Shown: in pieces, positions 45,126 through 56,530 of the stretch
Numbering within the stretch: the stretch's first letter is position 1
Layout: each line of letters starts with the position of its first letter
Assembly: GCF_009914755.1 (NCBI RefSeq)
Contig: NC_060926.1
Source of the DNA: the human T2T-CHM13v2.0 reference genome, Homo sapiens
Direction: 5' to 3' (one strand)
DNA length: 64,000 nt
Made by a program: the position numbers and the translations under genes
The notes under the pieces: model-generated
Databases searched by the model: none
What the model saw: only the letters and a program-made list of their open reading frames with translations
Told to the model about the DNA's origin: nothing

Positions 45126-45539
45126 TGATAGGGTTTGGATGTTCTGTTCCCTCCAAACCTCATGTTGAAATGTGACCTCCAATGTTGGAGGTGGGCCTAG
45201 TGGGAGGTGTTCGTGGGCCTGGATCCCTCGTCAATGGCTTGGTGCTGTCCTCACGATAATGAGTGAGTTCTCATTCTGAGTTCATATGGGATCCGGTTGT
45301 TTAAAAGAGCCTGGCACTTCCTCCTTCTCTCTCTTGCTTTCTCTCTCACCAAGTGACATGCCTGCTCCCCCTTCACTTTCCATCTTGATTGTCAACCTCC
45401 TGAGGCCCTCACCAGAAGCAGATGCCAGCACCATGCTTCCTGTACAGCCCGCAGAACTGTAAGCCAAAATAAACCTCTTTTATTTATAAAATACCCAGCT
45501 TCAGGTATTCTTTCACAGCGATGCAAATGGACTAATACA
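45126..45539 (+). mobile_element. MSTB MaLR solo LTR
   Basis: tgatagggtttggatg...ctcatgttgaaatgtgacctcc...ccctcaccagaagcagatgcc...aataaacctc...ggactaataca. Confidence 0.9.
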
Positions 45540-46528
45540 GTGACAATGCATCCTGACTTACTTACCTGGCCACATTTTTCTGTTAAGAATTTCTAGTGAC
45601 TTTTGAGGAACAGAAACATTTTTTTAAATTGTGGAAGTAATTAGCCAGAGTTAACTTTTATGTCCCAATGAAGAAAGATTCCCAAGCTCCAGGTGGCACA
45701 CCACTTATCTTTGAATAGCTTTGAGAAAAAGAAATCATGCCACAAAAACAATGTGATTCATTGATTGTACTTCAGACAGCAAAGAAAGTTCTAGGGTATG
45801 ATTTAGAAAGTGAGCCTGCAAAAACTCTTTTTCAAGACAAATAATGTAAAACTAGGTTCACTAGGATTGAGGCATTCATTTTACAAAGAAGTAATTATGA
45901 GTAATTAAAATGTCATGCACCAATGATGATTAGTGACAATTGGCATTGCCACAGTATTAAAAAATACAGAAATTAATTGAATTAAATTTACTTTAGCCAG
46001 CACCTCATAAGAGTAAAGTAAATGGCCTGTGGCAGATATGCATGGCCACAGGGTGTAGCAAGTAATTTCTTATAGGTTTTACTAAATGTATTTAGTCTAG
46101 TCAATGATGTTTTATTGAGTTTTGAAAATTTTGGATGTCTAGTGTTTAACACAAGACTCATGGTTCAAGATGACTATATTTCATATCCATGTGAAACGTA
46201 CTAGATTTTCAGGAAAGTCCATGTATTGTAATTCTAAGAACTCAAGGCTGGCACCAGCTTTAACGGCGGATGGTGCAAACTGCTTTAGTTACTGTGGCCC
46301 TTCCTGTCACCACCTTTGCAAAGTGCTGCCATGGAGAATGTCCCCACTTTGGGCACGTTTCCTGTGATGCTCCAAGTCCCATCTCATTCCACCAGTCCCA
46401 AATTCCCTTCTGAGTAAAAGGTAGTATAGAGGGTTAGCATCATTTAAGTCTATCCTTATGCCATGAAACACATTTTACTGATGTGTTTAATCAGTGGGGT
46501 TCCCATAAGCTGGTCTGCAGTCAGGTGG

Positions 46529-46529
<1 letters not shown>

Positions 46530-46558
<29 letters not shown>
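46530..46558. repeat. (GT)n microsatellite
   Basis: About 14 uninterrupted TG units. Confidence 0.95.
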
Positions 46559-46560
<2 letters not shown>

Positions 46561-46955
46561 GTGAGTTTTCACCAGTCATACCTGAGCCCCTTGACTGCCA
46601 TGTGATGAGCCTTGGCCCTTGCCCCTCAGCTGGGCAGCCCAGGCTCTGTGGCTCCTGGTCTTGCCTACACACCTGGGTAGCCCACACCCTACTTTCTCCA
46701 GGCCTACAAACCCCAGCTATAGTGTCTCAGCTTCCCTACCTCCTCTTAGAATATTCTGAATTGAATGAATTAAGAGACTGGCTTCCAATTTTGCTAACAT
46801 ACTTACCTGAAACTACATTTTGATCATGACTGGGTAGAAAATGAACATTTGGGCTCCCTGTCCTGTTGAACTGTTGAAATACAGGCCTAAATTGAGCAAC
46901 ATTAATCAAGATCACAATTATATGCAAAACAATATTATGAAATAAAACTTTGTTA

Positions 46956-47294
46956 TAGTAGTCCCCCTTATCTGCAGGGGATATATTCCAAAACCACTAG
47001 TGGATGCCTGAAACTTCAGACAGTACCGAGCCCTATATACATTACTGTTTTTTCCTATACATAGATACATATATAGCTATGATAAAGCTTAATTTATGAA
47101 GTAGGCATAGTAAAAGATTAACGATAACTAATAATTAAATAGAACAATTATAACAATCTATGCACTATAATAAAAGTTATATGAATGTGGTCTCTCATTT
47201 ATTTCTGAGGTTTTTCATTTAATATTTTTGAACCTCAGTTGACCATAGGTAACTGAAACAGTGAAAAGTGAAACTAGGTAAGCGAGGACTACTG
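46956..47294 (-). mobile_element. MER44A (Tigger7-related MITE)
   Basis: agtagtcccccttatc ... ggactactg terminal repeats; internal ggtaactgaaac. Confidence 0.85.
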
Positions 47295-47694
47295 TTTTCT
47301 TTAATTGTAAAAGCAGAAAAATGATATCTTTTTATACTTGTGTTATATCAGGGAAAATTTGTCCATTGTCTTTCTTGCAAATAACTATGCTTTCCTCTTG
47401 ACTTTTGGGATATTCAGGTCTTTTCTTTCACTAAGTGATGTTACTAGCAGATGGCCCTGCTGTCTTCCGCTCTTTAGCCATCATTTTTACCCCTAGATTA
47501 CAGAATGAACTTCCAACTTTTCCTCCGTCTATCAGTTCTCGACCAGCATTAAATGAATAGTTAGATGTGTGATGAGATTAGTGTTTCACTCCCTTGCCTC
47601 TCTTCCAATCTCAGGCTTCCCACTAAACTTAGAACTAGACCTAAACTCTCTAGTGTAGCCAATAAGGCCAAATACAACCTGGCCCCTCCTATAG

Positions 47695-48318
47695 GGTTAC
47701 ATCTCATTATTCACAGTAGTTATGTTTCATAATGTCATTGCCAACATTGAATTAGCAAATCCTGAACCATTGCTCCTTGGAAAAATACTGAGTTACGTTT
47801 CTCTGAGCCTAGGGTCACAACATTTTTGTCAACTGATCAATACATAACCTTGTTTTGTGTGTGTTTCTGTTTAAAGACACTTTATTTAGCATAGAAAGTT
47901 CATTTATTAACTTTGGACTCCTGGTCAACAGCACTATAACTTATACTTGAACAAAGCTTATCTAATACACATACTTTCTACATAAGGCACATCACAGCCT
48001 TCGTGCACTTATGAACACCAGACAGCACTTCGGCACTACTCTTCGGGGCCATTTTAAACAGTGACATCAACCAAAAGCACAAAAATGTGAAAAATGCAGT
48101 ACTAAGCAGACCTCAAAAAGGACACTTGTGTATAGTAAGCAAGTGAAACCAGAAGGCGGGGCATTGTCTTGTTCAATCTCAACTGGGGACATGTGCATGG
48201 GGAGACTTCAAATTTTTTGCCAGTCTAAGTCTGCAAGTGATAGTGAAAGCACTGTGATGATTGATTTTGGGGTTATAAGTGAATTTCAGTGAGTAGCAAA
48301 TTCATAAATAAAGAGTAA
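47695..48318 (-). mobile_element. MER82 (Tigger deletion derivative), inserted in an L2
   Basis: Minus strand from 48052 translates MAPKSSAEVLSGVHKCTKAVMCLM*KVCVLDKL; L2 text lies on both sides (about 47540-47690 and 48320-48545). Confidence 0.85.
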
Positions 48319-49221
48319 AGTTTTTCTGACTTTATCTTCTACAAATATCCTTTGTGTTTGCTACACTCCAGCTATACTGGCCTCTATGCTTCTAGTCCAT
48401 GTCCAGCTCACTTCTGCCTCAGAGGCTTTGCACTTGCTGTTCCCCTTGCCTGGGTTATACCCTGCACAAACCCCAATCTAATCCCCAGCATCTATGACAG
48501 AGCCAGATGCCGTAGGCACTCAATACATAGTTGGTGAATGAATGGCAATTGTTTTCTTAAGATGTCATTTCTTGACAAAATAGAAAACACAGGCAACTCT
48601 TCGACAGTACTCAAAATTCAGGGGAATAATTTACAGGTCTGTATAATCCCCGAATTGAAGATCCATTGCTTGTAAAAAGCACTCTCTACAAAGCTGCAGC
48701 CCATCATCTTTTCCCATCATGTTGGGATTTTATTTAGTCACACAGCCTAACATGTCATCAATAAGTCAACAGCAGTGTCTCACATTGGAAGCATCCCTGG
48801 AACAGTTAGAAGAAGAGAGGCTTTAGGCAGTTTTACCTGAGTATTGATACAGATTGCTATCCTCTTAACTACCCGAATAAAGACACTTTCCTTTCATTTA
48901 ACTAAGTTGATTTGTACTAACAGAAAGAATCATTTTGATGAGTTTTGGGGAGTGCTTTTGGAGAAAGATAAATGTAAGAAAAGTTATGCAGAAGTAGGCT
49001 GCAGGGGGCTGCTCTGGAGAACTGGAATTCAGCCTGAGTCTCTGAACTGCAGTAGGTGAGAAGAGACGTGAAATATAACACAGGAGAATAGAGAGGGCAA
49101 AGGGAAGGGCTTCAGAAAAAGAATCCTCCCCCTTTTTACAGTTTTGCCCAAGGCTGGACCTGCCTCATTCATTCTTGATGTGGCATCAATTTGTTAAAAA
49201 CAAACCAACAAAAAACTTCCA

Positions 49222-49260
49222 GGAAGGAAGGAAGGGAGGGAGGGAGGGAGGGAGGGAGGG
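49222..49260. repeat. (GGAA)3(GGGA)n polypurine tract
   Basis: ggaaggaaggaagggagggagggagggagggagggaggg. Confidence 0.95.
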
Positions 49261-50639
49261 AAAATAACAACTGAAAAACAGTTAGGAAAAAGAGTTTAAT
49301 AATTTATCAGATAAATAAAAGATCAAAGTTGGGAATCTGTCTGGGGTAGGAATGCAGGTATAGCTTTCTGCTGAGTAAATTCAGTTCTCTCACAGACTCA
49401 GCCAGACACTGTCTATACTGTCCCATTCCCAGAAAACACTGACTTTGGCCACAGTTTAGCTCCCCTTACAGCAAAGCAGCAAAGTCTATATTCAAGCCCC
49501 ACCTTGCCCTTCCTTCCAGGGGACCTGCATTATTCCTATCAAACCCAAACTGTTCTCTCTGTGGCTGGGGACAGCCTTCACTGGTTAGCACAGTTTTTAA
49601 TATGAATCCAACCTTCTCACTTCTCTTTTGAGCTTTCTTGTGTCTCAGCTCTAGCATGGAGAGCACTTACAGAATATCCCCCTAAATGGGAACATCTGGT
49701 TTGCCAAAGAGGTGACCTCATACATGAGCCTCTTGAAAGCCCATGAGCCTGAGTCTTGTAATGGGGAATGTTTATCCGCCAGGTATGAAAGATGAAATGA
49801 GGGCTCCAGGAATTTCGTCTTAACTTGCAAGGGAGGAGGATCTTTTGTTCAGGTGCTGAACAGTGAAGATTTTCAAGTTTTCTTAGGAACACAAAAGTGT
49901 TTGCTGTCAGGAGAACTATGTTGTTTTCCTTGAGGGCTTCTCTGTACACAATGGAAGCAGAGAAACCAAACTAATCCTGGTCCCTCCTGTTGGCTTCTTT
50001 CAAAATTTTGAGTTGTTTCCAGTCCAAACCAGACTGGCCCAGGCTTCCGTTTAAAAATAATCCACTTACCACAGCATTCAAAGCAATTTGGCAAGCCTAG
50101 GAAGAAGTGTGACAGGAGGACGGGTGGGTTGGTTGCGGGAGGCAAGGCAAGGAATCCATTTTTGTGTACCCTCTCCACGTGGTGCAGGCGCTGTGCCGGC
50201 CACTTAACACGCTGAGCCCAGGGCCTATTGAGAAGAGTCCAGTGCTGTGAATGAGCATCCCTCAGGCTCCCAAGCTGGCTGGTTTGAAATCTGTGTCTCC
50301 CTTGACTATCATGAGCAAAGATACCAAGTAAGTGCCATCTCTGACAGGGCAAAGCTGAGAAAACATTACAACAAAAACACGATCATTCCTTAAACTTCAA
50401 ATCATAGAAAAAAATGAAGAGAAATTCTGGTGTTCAGCTATCAGTAAACAAACATCTTGTAAATATTTACGAGTGGGCTTGATATTATAAGTTGTTGTTT
50501 AGGAAGGAGGTCGATAAAGGGGACCAAGGTTAGCCAGCAGTAGAACAGATAGGAAAGTCTCACGATCCTAGGTGCCCTTTGACTTAGGGTGCCTACACTA
50601 AAAGGAACACAAAGACAGGCCATATGCCCATCTTTTCCC

Positions 50640-50770
50640 CATCCTAGACTTTGTGATCTGGTCCACAGCCCTCATTTCACAACTGAAAAATCAGAGGGTC
50701 CTGAGAACTTCAGTGGTTTCCCTGGAATAGTGCAGTCCATTGGGGAGCCAGGACCTGGGTCTGGTCTTCT
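50640..50770 (-). mobile_element. MIR SINE
   Basis: gatctggtccacagccctcatttcacaactgaaaaatcagagg...ggagccaggacct. Confidence 0.6.
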
Positions 50771-51269
50771 AATGTATTTTTCTTTCTCCTTCCCACTGCT
50801 GATTTGGGGGCAAACCATCTGATTGAAGGCATGATGATGATGAGGAGAGGCACAGAAGCCTTGAGCTCTCCTCTGTCCTCAAGGCGTGTGGCACAGCTTG
50901 TGCTAAAATGGAACAGTGGACCTAATACTACTGCTTGTATAATGGATTTTTGCATGGCATAACTTTTGCATTCACTTTGTGTGCAGCATATATGTTTTTT
51001 CAACTCTCTCCGAATGTTGTTCCATAGTATACTTATATGGTCCCTGAGACCGAAATAATTGCTCCTCTCCAAGACTATAAAATCCTCAAGGCCAAGACCT
51101 ACCCCCTCTACATTGCTGACTCACCCCCATCCCAAAAATGTAAAGCAATCCGCAAATATTTAGTTAATGCTTGAAGAACTGACTGCAGTTGGCATCATGC
51201 TGGTGACTTGGGGACACAGAAAGGCCCTGTTATTTAATTTAGAGGGTGAAAGATGATATTATTTGTTCA

Positions 51270-51688
51270 CAATTCTCCTTTCCCTCCTACTCCTGCTGGT
51301 GGGAAAAGTCTATACCACCTCCCAGCTATGCTGACTGTAGGGTTTGCCATGGGACTGTCACTGAACACAGAAACATGAGCAGAAGTAATGGTGTGCCAGC
51401 CACTGGCAGAGCCTTTCTGCTGCCCCTCTTGTGGCCCTGCCTCCACCTTGAGAACCTCGTGCCCCTGAACAGTAGTGGGGCTGCCACTGGAGTCTGGGCA
51501 CTGGGACAAGAAGATCAGAGAAGCAGACCCCAGCCCATCCTGAAGCCTGGAGTCAAGCCCAGCCACACACAGCAGGGACCCAGTGGAGCCACAGCTGACA
51601 CACAGGACTATGAATGAGGAATAAATGTTGAATACTGTAAGCCACTTAATTTTTTCCTGGGTTGTTACCACAGTAAAAGCTAATATAT
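51270..51688 (+). mobile_element. MLT1I/J-type MaLR solo LTR
   Basis: atgagcagaagtaatg...agcagacc...aataaatgttg...ctgtaagccact...ttgttaccacagtaaaagcta. Confidence 0.7.
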
Positions 51689-52249
51689 GGAATCTCTCTT
51701 AAAAGCACATTTGCCATAGAGCTGAAGTGCTGTGAACCAATTTGGTCACACAAAATATTTAGATTCTTTTTGGCAGATACTGAAGCAGTTTGACCTTGCT
51801 ACTGAGTTATAATGAAAGCAATCCTCAGACCAGATTTCCCTACACATATGTGAACATTTATTAAATAAATATGTGTTAATGCAGGCATAAAAATGGACCT
51901 TACTACCTGCTGTCCCAGCTCAGGAAAGTCCCAGCTCTCTGTCCCTTTAGTGTCTCACCCACCATCTTTACTGAAAGGTTTCCTAGAAGCAGACGCTAAA
52001 CATCTCAGAGGCAGGATTGTACCCTTTTTGTAGGCATTGGGCAATTAAAACTCTTTGTAGCAATGCCTGGACAACAGACTTATAGGAATCAAGATTCAGG
52101 TGACATCCCTAAAGGAGTAAGCCACGGGTCTTGCTGGATTCTTAAGCCCTGTTCAGGAAACCATGGTGAATATCTCTAGCATGTAGACAGCAGAGATACA
52201 AGTTGAGACCAGTTACAGACCTTGTCATGGAGAAGTTTACAGAGTTGAG

Positions 52250-52420
52250 CAGGGGCTTTTGGAGCCCAAGGTTAGGGTTCGTCATGGGCTTTAGTTGTCT
52301 GAGAACACCCTAAAAATCAAGGGATGTGTGTGCATGTGTATGCAATGTTGTAGGAAAAGGTCTACATTGTTCATCAGATTTCTAAAGGAGCCCATGACTT
52401 AAAAAGGGCAAAGAAATGCT
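52250..52420. mobile_element. MER117-like hAT-Charlie MITE
   Basis: tgtgtgcatgtg...ttcatcagatttctaaaggagcccatgacttaaaaagg. Confidence 0.55.
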
Positions 52421-52999
52421 TTCCCATGGGATCTGTAAGAGATGACTCTATAACAAATGCATTTACTCAGACTTTGCTATGAAGGATCAAACTATTGACT
52501 ATATAAGAATAGACTTCTAGCCAAATGACCAAAAAAGGTTCTTACACATAATAACTATGGTAGTTAAGAGGTTATTTTAAAAATGTCCTAACAGAACTAA
52601 TGACTAATAAAAATGGTACTAGACATGTTCCAATGAAGGAAACTCCATGCTGCACCATTATAAAAGTCAATCATAGACTCAGCAAAGCAAAGGCTCAAGG
52701 TTGCTTTGATATGCAACAATGCCCACAGGGTAATAGTAGCAACTCCCAAGTCTCATTTTAATCACGATTTGCCTCTCCGTGCCAAGTATGAAGTAGAATG
52801 GGAAGAATTTACAGCCATGATTTAACCATCTACTACACATTGCTGGTTCCGTTACTTAGAATAGACATCACACGTAAGATAATAAACATACAGGTAGCAG
52901 GGACATTTCCCCCTCAAACTGTCCAAGACTGTTCAACAAAGAGCATAGCTGATGTCAATGAAATTCATGGCCCAAGAAGTCATGTGTTATTCATCACGC

Positions 53000-53205
53000 G
53001 GTTTTCATAGCCCCTGCTACATCCCTACACATCCCAGTTTAAGAAGCACAGGCTTCACTTCTCTGAGGTTTAGTTTCCTCCATATACTAAATGGGAATAA
53101 TCATACTTACATCAAAGGGTTCTTAGGAAAATTAATTGTCATGTATTGGTTCAATCCTATAACATAGCTATGCTGCCTAGTACCTAGCAGGTACTCAACA
53201 AATAT
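53000..53205 (+). mobile_element. MIR SINE
   Basis: cttctctgaggtttagtttcctccat...aaatgggaataatc...tagcaggtactcaacaaatatt. Confidence 0.7.
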
Positions 53206-53237
53206 TAAAACCTACCTCCATTCCCACTTGCTATGCA

Positions 53238-53585
53238 GCTCTGTGCTTCTCAGAGTGGTCTCCAGAGCTGCAGCATCGCAGGGAGCTTCTTAGAAATGCA
53301 AATTCTCAGGCCCACCCTAGACTTACAGCTTCAGAAATTCAGGGGGTGAAGTCCAATGAAGTATGTTTTAATAAGTCTTCTGCGTGATTCTGATACATCC
53401 TAAATTTAAAACCACTGATGTAGATAAATCATTCTTAACCATGGCTGTACATTAAAATCATGTTAGATGCTTTTAAAAACTACTGATACTTAAACTCTCT
53501 AACCACCCCAAGACTACAACAGAATCTCTATGGGGTGAGGGACTGGGAGCATTGGTCATTATCAACAGTTCCCCAGGGATTTAAA
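53238..53585. mobile_element. Two adjacent MER5 MITEs
   Basis: gggagcttcttagaaatgcaaattctcaggcccacc...aaccactg, then ttcttaaccatggctgtacattaaaatca. Confidence 0.75.
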
Positions 53586-53669
53586 TAATTGAATTTAAAG
53601 GGCCAAGGGAAGTCCACTTCTCTCCTCTTGGCAGTCTGCACTGGATGCTTGAAATCCAATCAATATTGA

Positions 53670-53890
53670 GTCTCTTCTGAACTCAGACCTGCCACACCAG
53701 TAACTAGCTGTGGGGCCTTGGAAAAGTTTCCTATACTTCTGTTAGCCTTGTTTTGTCACTTATAAAATGAGGATCATAATGATCCATCTTGCATCTTCTT
53801 ATTTTCCAATGGGAACGCTGAATTCCAAAGTTTTTGTTCCTTGCCCATGTCACATATAGCAGTAGTAGCAGACCAGGGCCCAGCCTTTGC
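53670..53890. mobile_element. MIR fragments in opposite orientations
   Basis: actagctgtggggccttggaaaagtt...taaaatgaggatc, then gggaacgctga...ttgcccatgtcacatat. Confidence 0.55.
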
Positions 53891-54707
53891 CATGTCCTCT
53901 TCTGCAGAGAGTCATGTGTATGGGTGTGGGACAGAGAAACATCTGGAGCCCTGGTGTGGGCGTTGGTAAACTTTATAATATTTTTGGCATAAGTATCGGA
54001 AGGGAGGGCTTCCAGCTAATGACTGGAGAATGTGCCACTAAGAAAGGTGAGTGAAGGACTTGCAGGACTCAGTGGAAGCTGTGTGGGATGAGGAGAAGGA
54101 TCTGCAGCAGGACAAGGAATCACCGATGAGCGTACACAAGGATAAATACACCATTCATTTTCCACTGGGGCTGGTGGAGGGGCAGGCAGCTTTGGTTAGG
54201 ATACGTGGAGACTTTGAGATTTCAGAGTAAAATTGGGAACAGGGCTTGGAAAAGCTAGCAGCAGCATGAAACTGAACGGAAAACAGGGAGGGTGCGGATA
54301 TCTTTGTGTACTCTGCTCTGATTGGGAGGGAGAAAGGGGAGACCCAGGGATGATTTAGCCATTTCTCTTGCTTGGGAAGGGTGGCATAAGCCCAACAATT
54401 CACAAGCCCAACAGTGTGGAAATGCAGAAAGGAAGTATTTAGCTCTAGCAAAATTCGACTTTGGGTTTATTGAATCTATTATCTTTATTTTTCTTCTCCT
54501 TCCCATGATCCCTCCCCATGATGTACACACACTTAAGAATCACCATGTCTGCTAGGTGAGAATGATTACTGTCATCTGAGAAGAGGCTTCAAACTAAGCT
54601 TCACTGTTCCTCCCTCTAACTCCTGTTCATCTGCATATCAGGGATAAAATGAAGGGGAGGAGGCAGCTAGCTCTGCCCTGCAGCCCCCTGATGGTCACAG
54701 TAGTCAC

Positions 54708-55060
54708 TGCTTTGGAGTGAATGCCTACGTACTCCCCGGATTTTATATGTTGAAATTCTAGCCCCCATGGTGATGTTATTGGGAGGTGGGGCCTTTGGGA
54801 GGTGATTAGCTCGCGAGGATAGAGCCCTCATGAATGGGTTTAGTGTCCTTATAGAAAGGGACCGCAGAGAGCCCTCTCTTTTTCTGCCATGCGGGGATAA
54901 TGAAAGCAGCCATCTGCAACCTCGAAGAGGTCCTTACCAGAACCTGACCGTGCTGGCCCTGATCTTGGACTTCCAGACTCCAAAACTGTGAGAAATAAGT
55001 TTGCATTTTTATAAGCTACCCAGTGTATGGTACTTTATTACAGCAGCCCAGAATAAGACA
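54708..55060 (+). mobile_element. MLT1A MaLR solo LTR
   Basis: gaggtggggcctttgggaggtgattag...gatcttggacttccag...aataagaca; perfect 5-bp TSD gtcac at 54703-54707 and 55061-55065. Confidence 0.92.
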
Positions 55061-55997
55061 GTCACCATGTGCAGTGTGGGTGCGAGGCTCTGCCCCACAT
55101 TTTCTTTCCTGATTCTGAATTTCTTATTCTGACCTTGGCCTTCAGACTCACAAGGCTCAGGTCTCTCATTAATGTGCTGAGATGACTCTTCCCACCTTCT
55201 GCCATTCACTATTGACCAGGAATGACCTCTACTGTGGTGACTTTGAAGGCAACAAGACAAAATCAATTAACTGGACAAAAGTGAAGACCTTAACTTTTTC
55301 CTGTAATTATTATAAACCAGAAGGAACTCTAGAAGTATGATTTTTATCCCAAGCATTCTAAAACTTTATTGGCAACTTTTAAATCAGTATCACAGAGGCT
55401 TTAAAGCCATTTACACTAGAAAACTGGCTTTTATGTCAAATATTTATTTAAAAAACCTCTGTAGTTGTAATCCTCAAACTATGACTCACTTTATCTAAAG
55501 AAACATTTGAGATTTCAAAATTCTGGCACAAACAAATAAATATCTTGGGTACCTACCACCTTGAAGTGTACTACAATGGTTTACCTTCTGCAGGGAGGGA
55601 GGAAGGAGAGGGAGCTGAGAAAAAATTTGAAGAAAGCAAATATGAGAGTCCTGTGAGCCCAGAAGGCATATCATGGGCCAAAGCCTGCAGGTCTGGCCTG
55701 CCTGGAGCAAACATGCAGAGCCCACCAAGTTCAAGTAGAAGCTGAGCTCAGCATGTGGGTGGGGAGGCACAGTGGGAAGAGACAGTGCAAGTGTCAGAGC
55801 ACAGGCCCAAGCCAGGCACACAGCTATAGGCACATGGGGACTAGTATGCAAACTGGAAGACTGGAAAAGGATCCAGGAAGGAAGTATTAGGAGAGGTCAA
55901 TCTTCTAGCAACATTGTAAATGGCTTCTTTAGCTTCAGCTGTTAGGACCCAGAGGCATGGGCTGGTCCCCTAAATCTAGCCAGATTGTAATGCACAC

Positions 55998-56530
55998 AGA
56001 TTGCAAACAGAAGTAGTGAGCTAGGCTAATGCTAGCCCTCAAATGTGTTGTGATTGGCCTGTACAGAGTTTAAAAGGAATGAACTGATAAGATCAGTGTA
56101 TCATATCAGTGTCAATGTCCTAGTGGTGATATACTATAGTTATATGTGATGTTATCATTAGGGGAAGGAGGGAAGGGTGCCTGGCATCTTTCTGTATTAT
56201 TTCTCACAACTGCATGCAAATCTACAATGATCTCAAAACCAGGTAAAAAAAAAAAATTTAATGAGCTAAACTTTATAAATCAGAAGATGTCACATTTTTT
56301 AAAAAACCTCATTTTCCAGCTTCTCTTGAGAAGTTGGAAGATCCGGCAACACCAGGCCCACCCTGTGTTCCCACAATAACATGTTCTCCCGTAACAATCA
56401 GAAGAAGCAGAGAAGCATCTGATGCCTTCAGACAGGCATTACAATCTTCATTTTGCCCCCTTCTCCATCCAGCCTGCTTCACTATTTATGTTATTTGTCT
56501 GGTCCCAATGGACATTAGATTTTTCTGTTT
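55998..56530 (+). mobile_element. MER102-type hAT-Charlie element interrupted by an L1 3' end
   Basis: tgtgttgtgattggcctgtacag...ttccagcttctcttgagaagttggaagatccggcaacac. Confidence 0.7.
56092..56257 (+). mobile_element. L1MC/MD-type 3' end with A tail
   Basis: atactatagttat...tctgtattatttctcacaactgcatgcaaatctacaatgatctcaaaa. Confidence 0.8.

Noticed and set aside
46026-46052. cctgtggc...gccacagg hairpin
   Set aside because: An 8-bp stem is expected by chance in 64 kb.
49873-50352. 159-aa ORF, the longest outside L1
   Set aside because: No recognisable domain or convincing splice structure; the length is compatible with chance.
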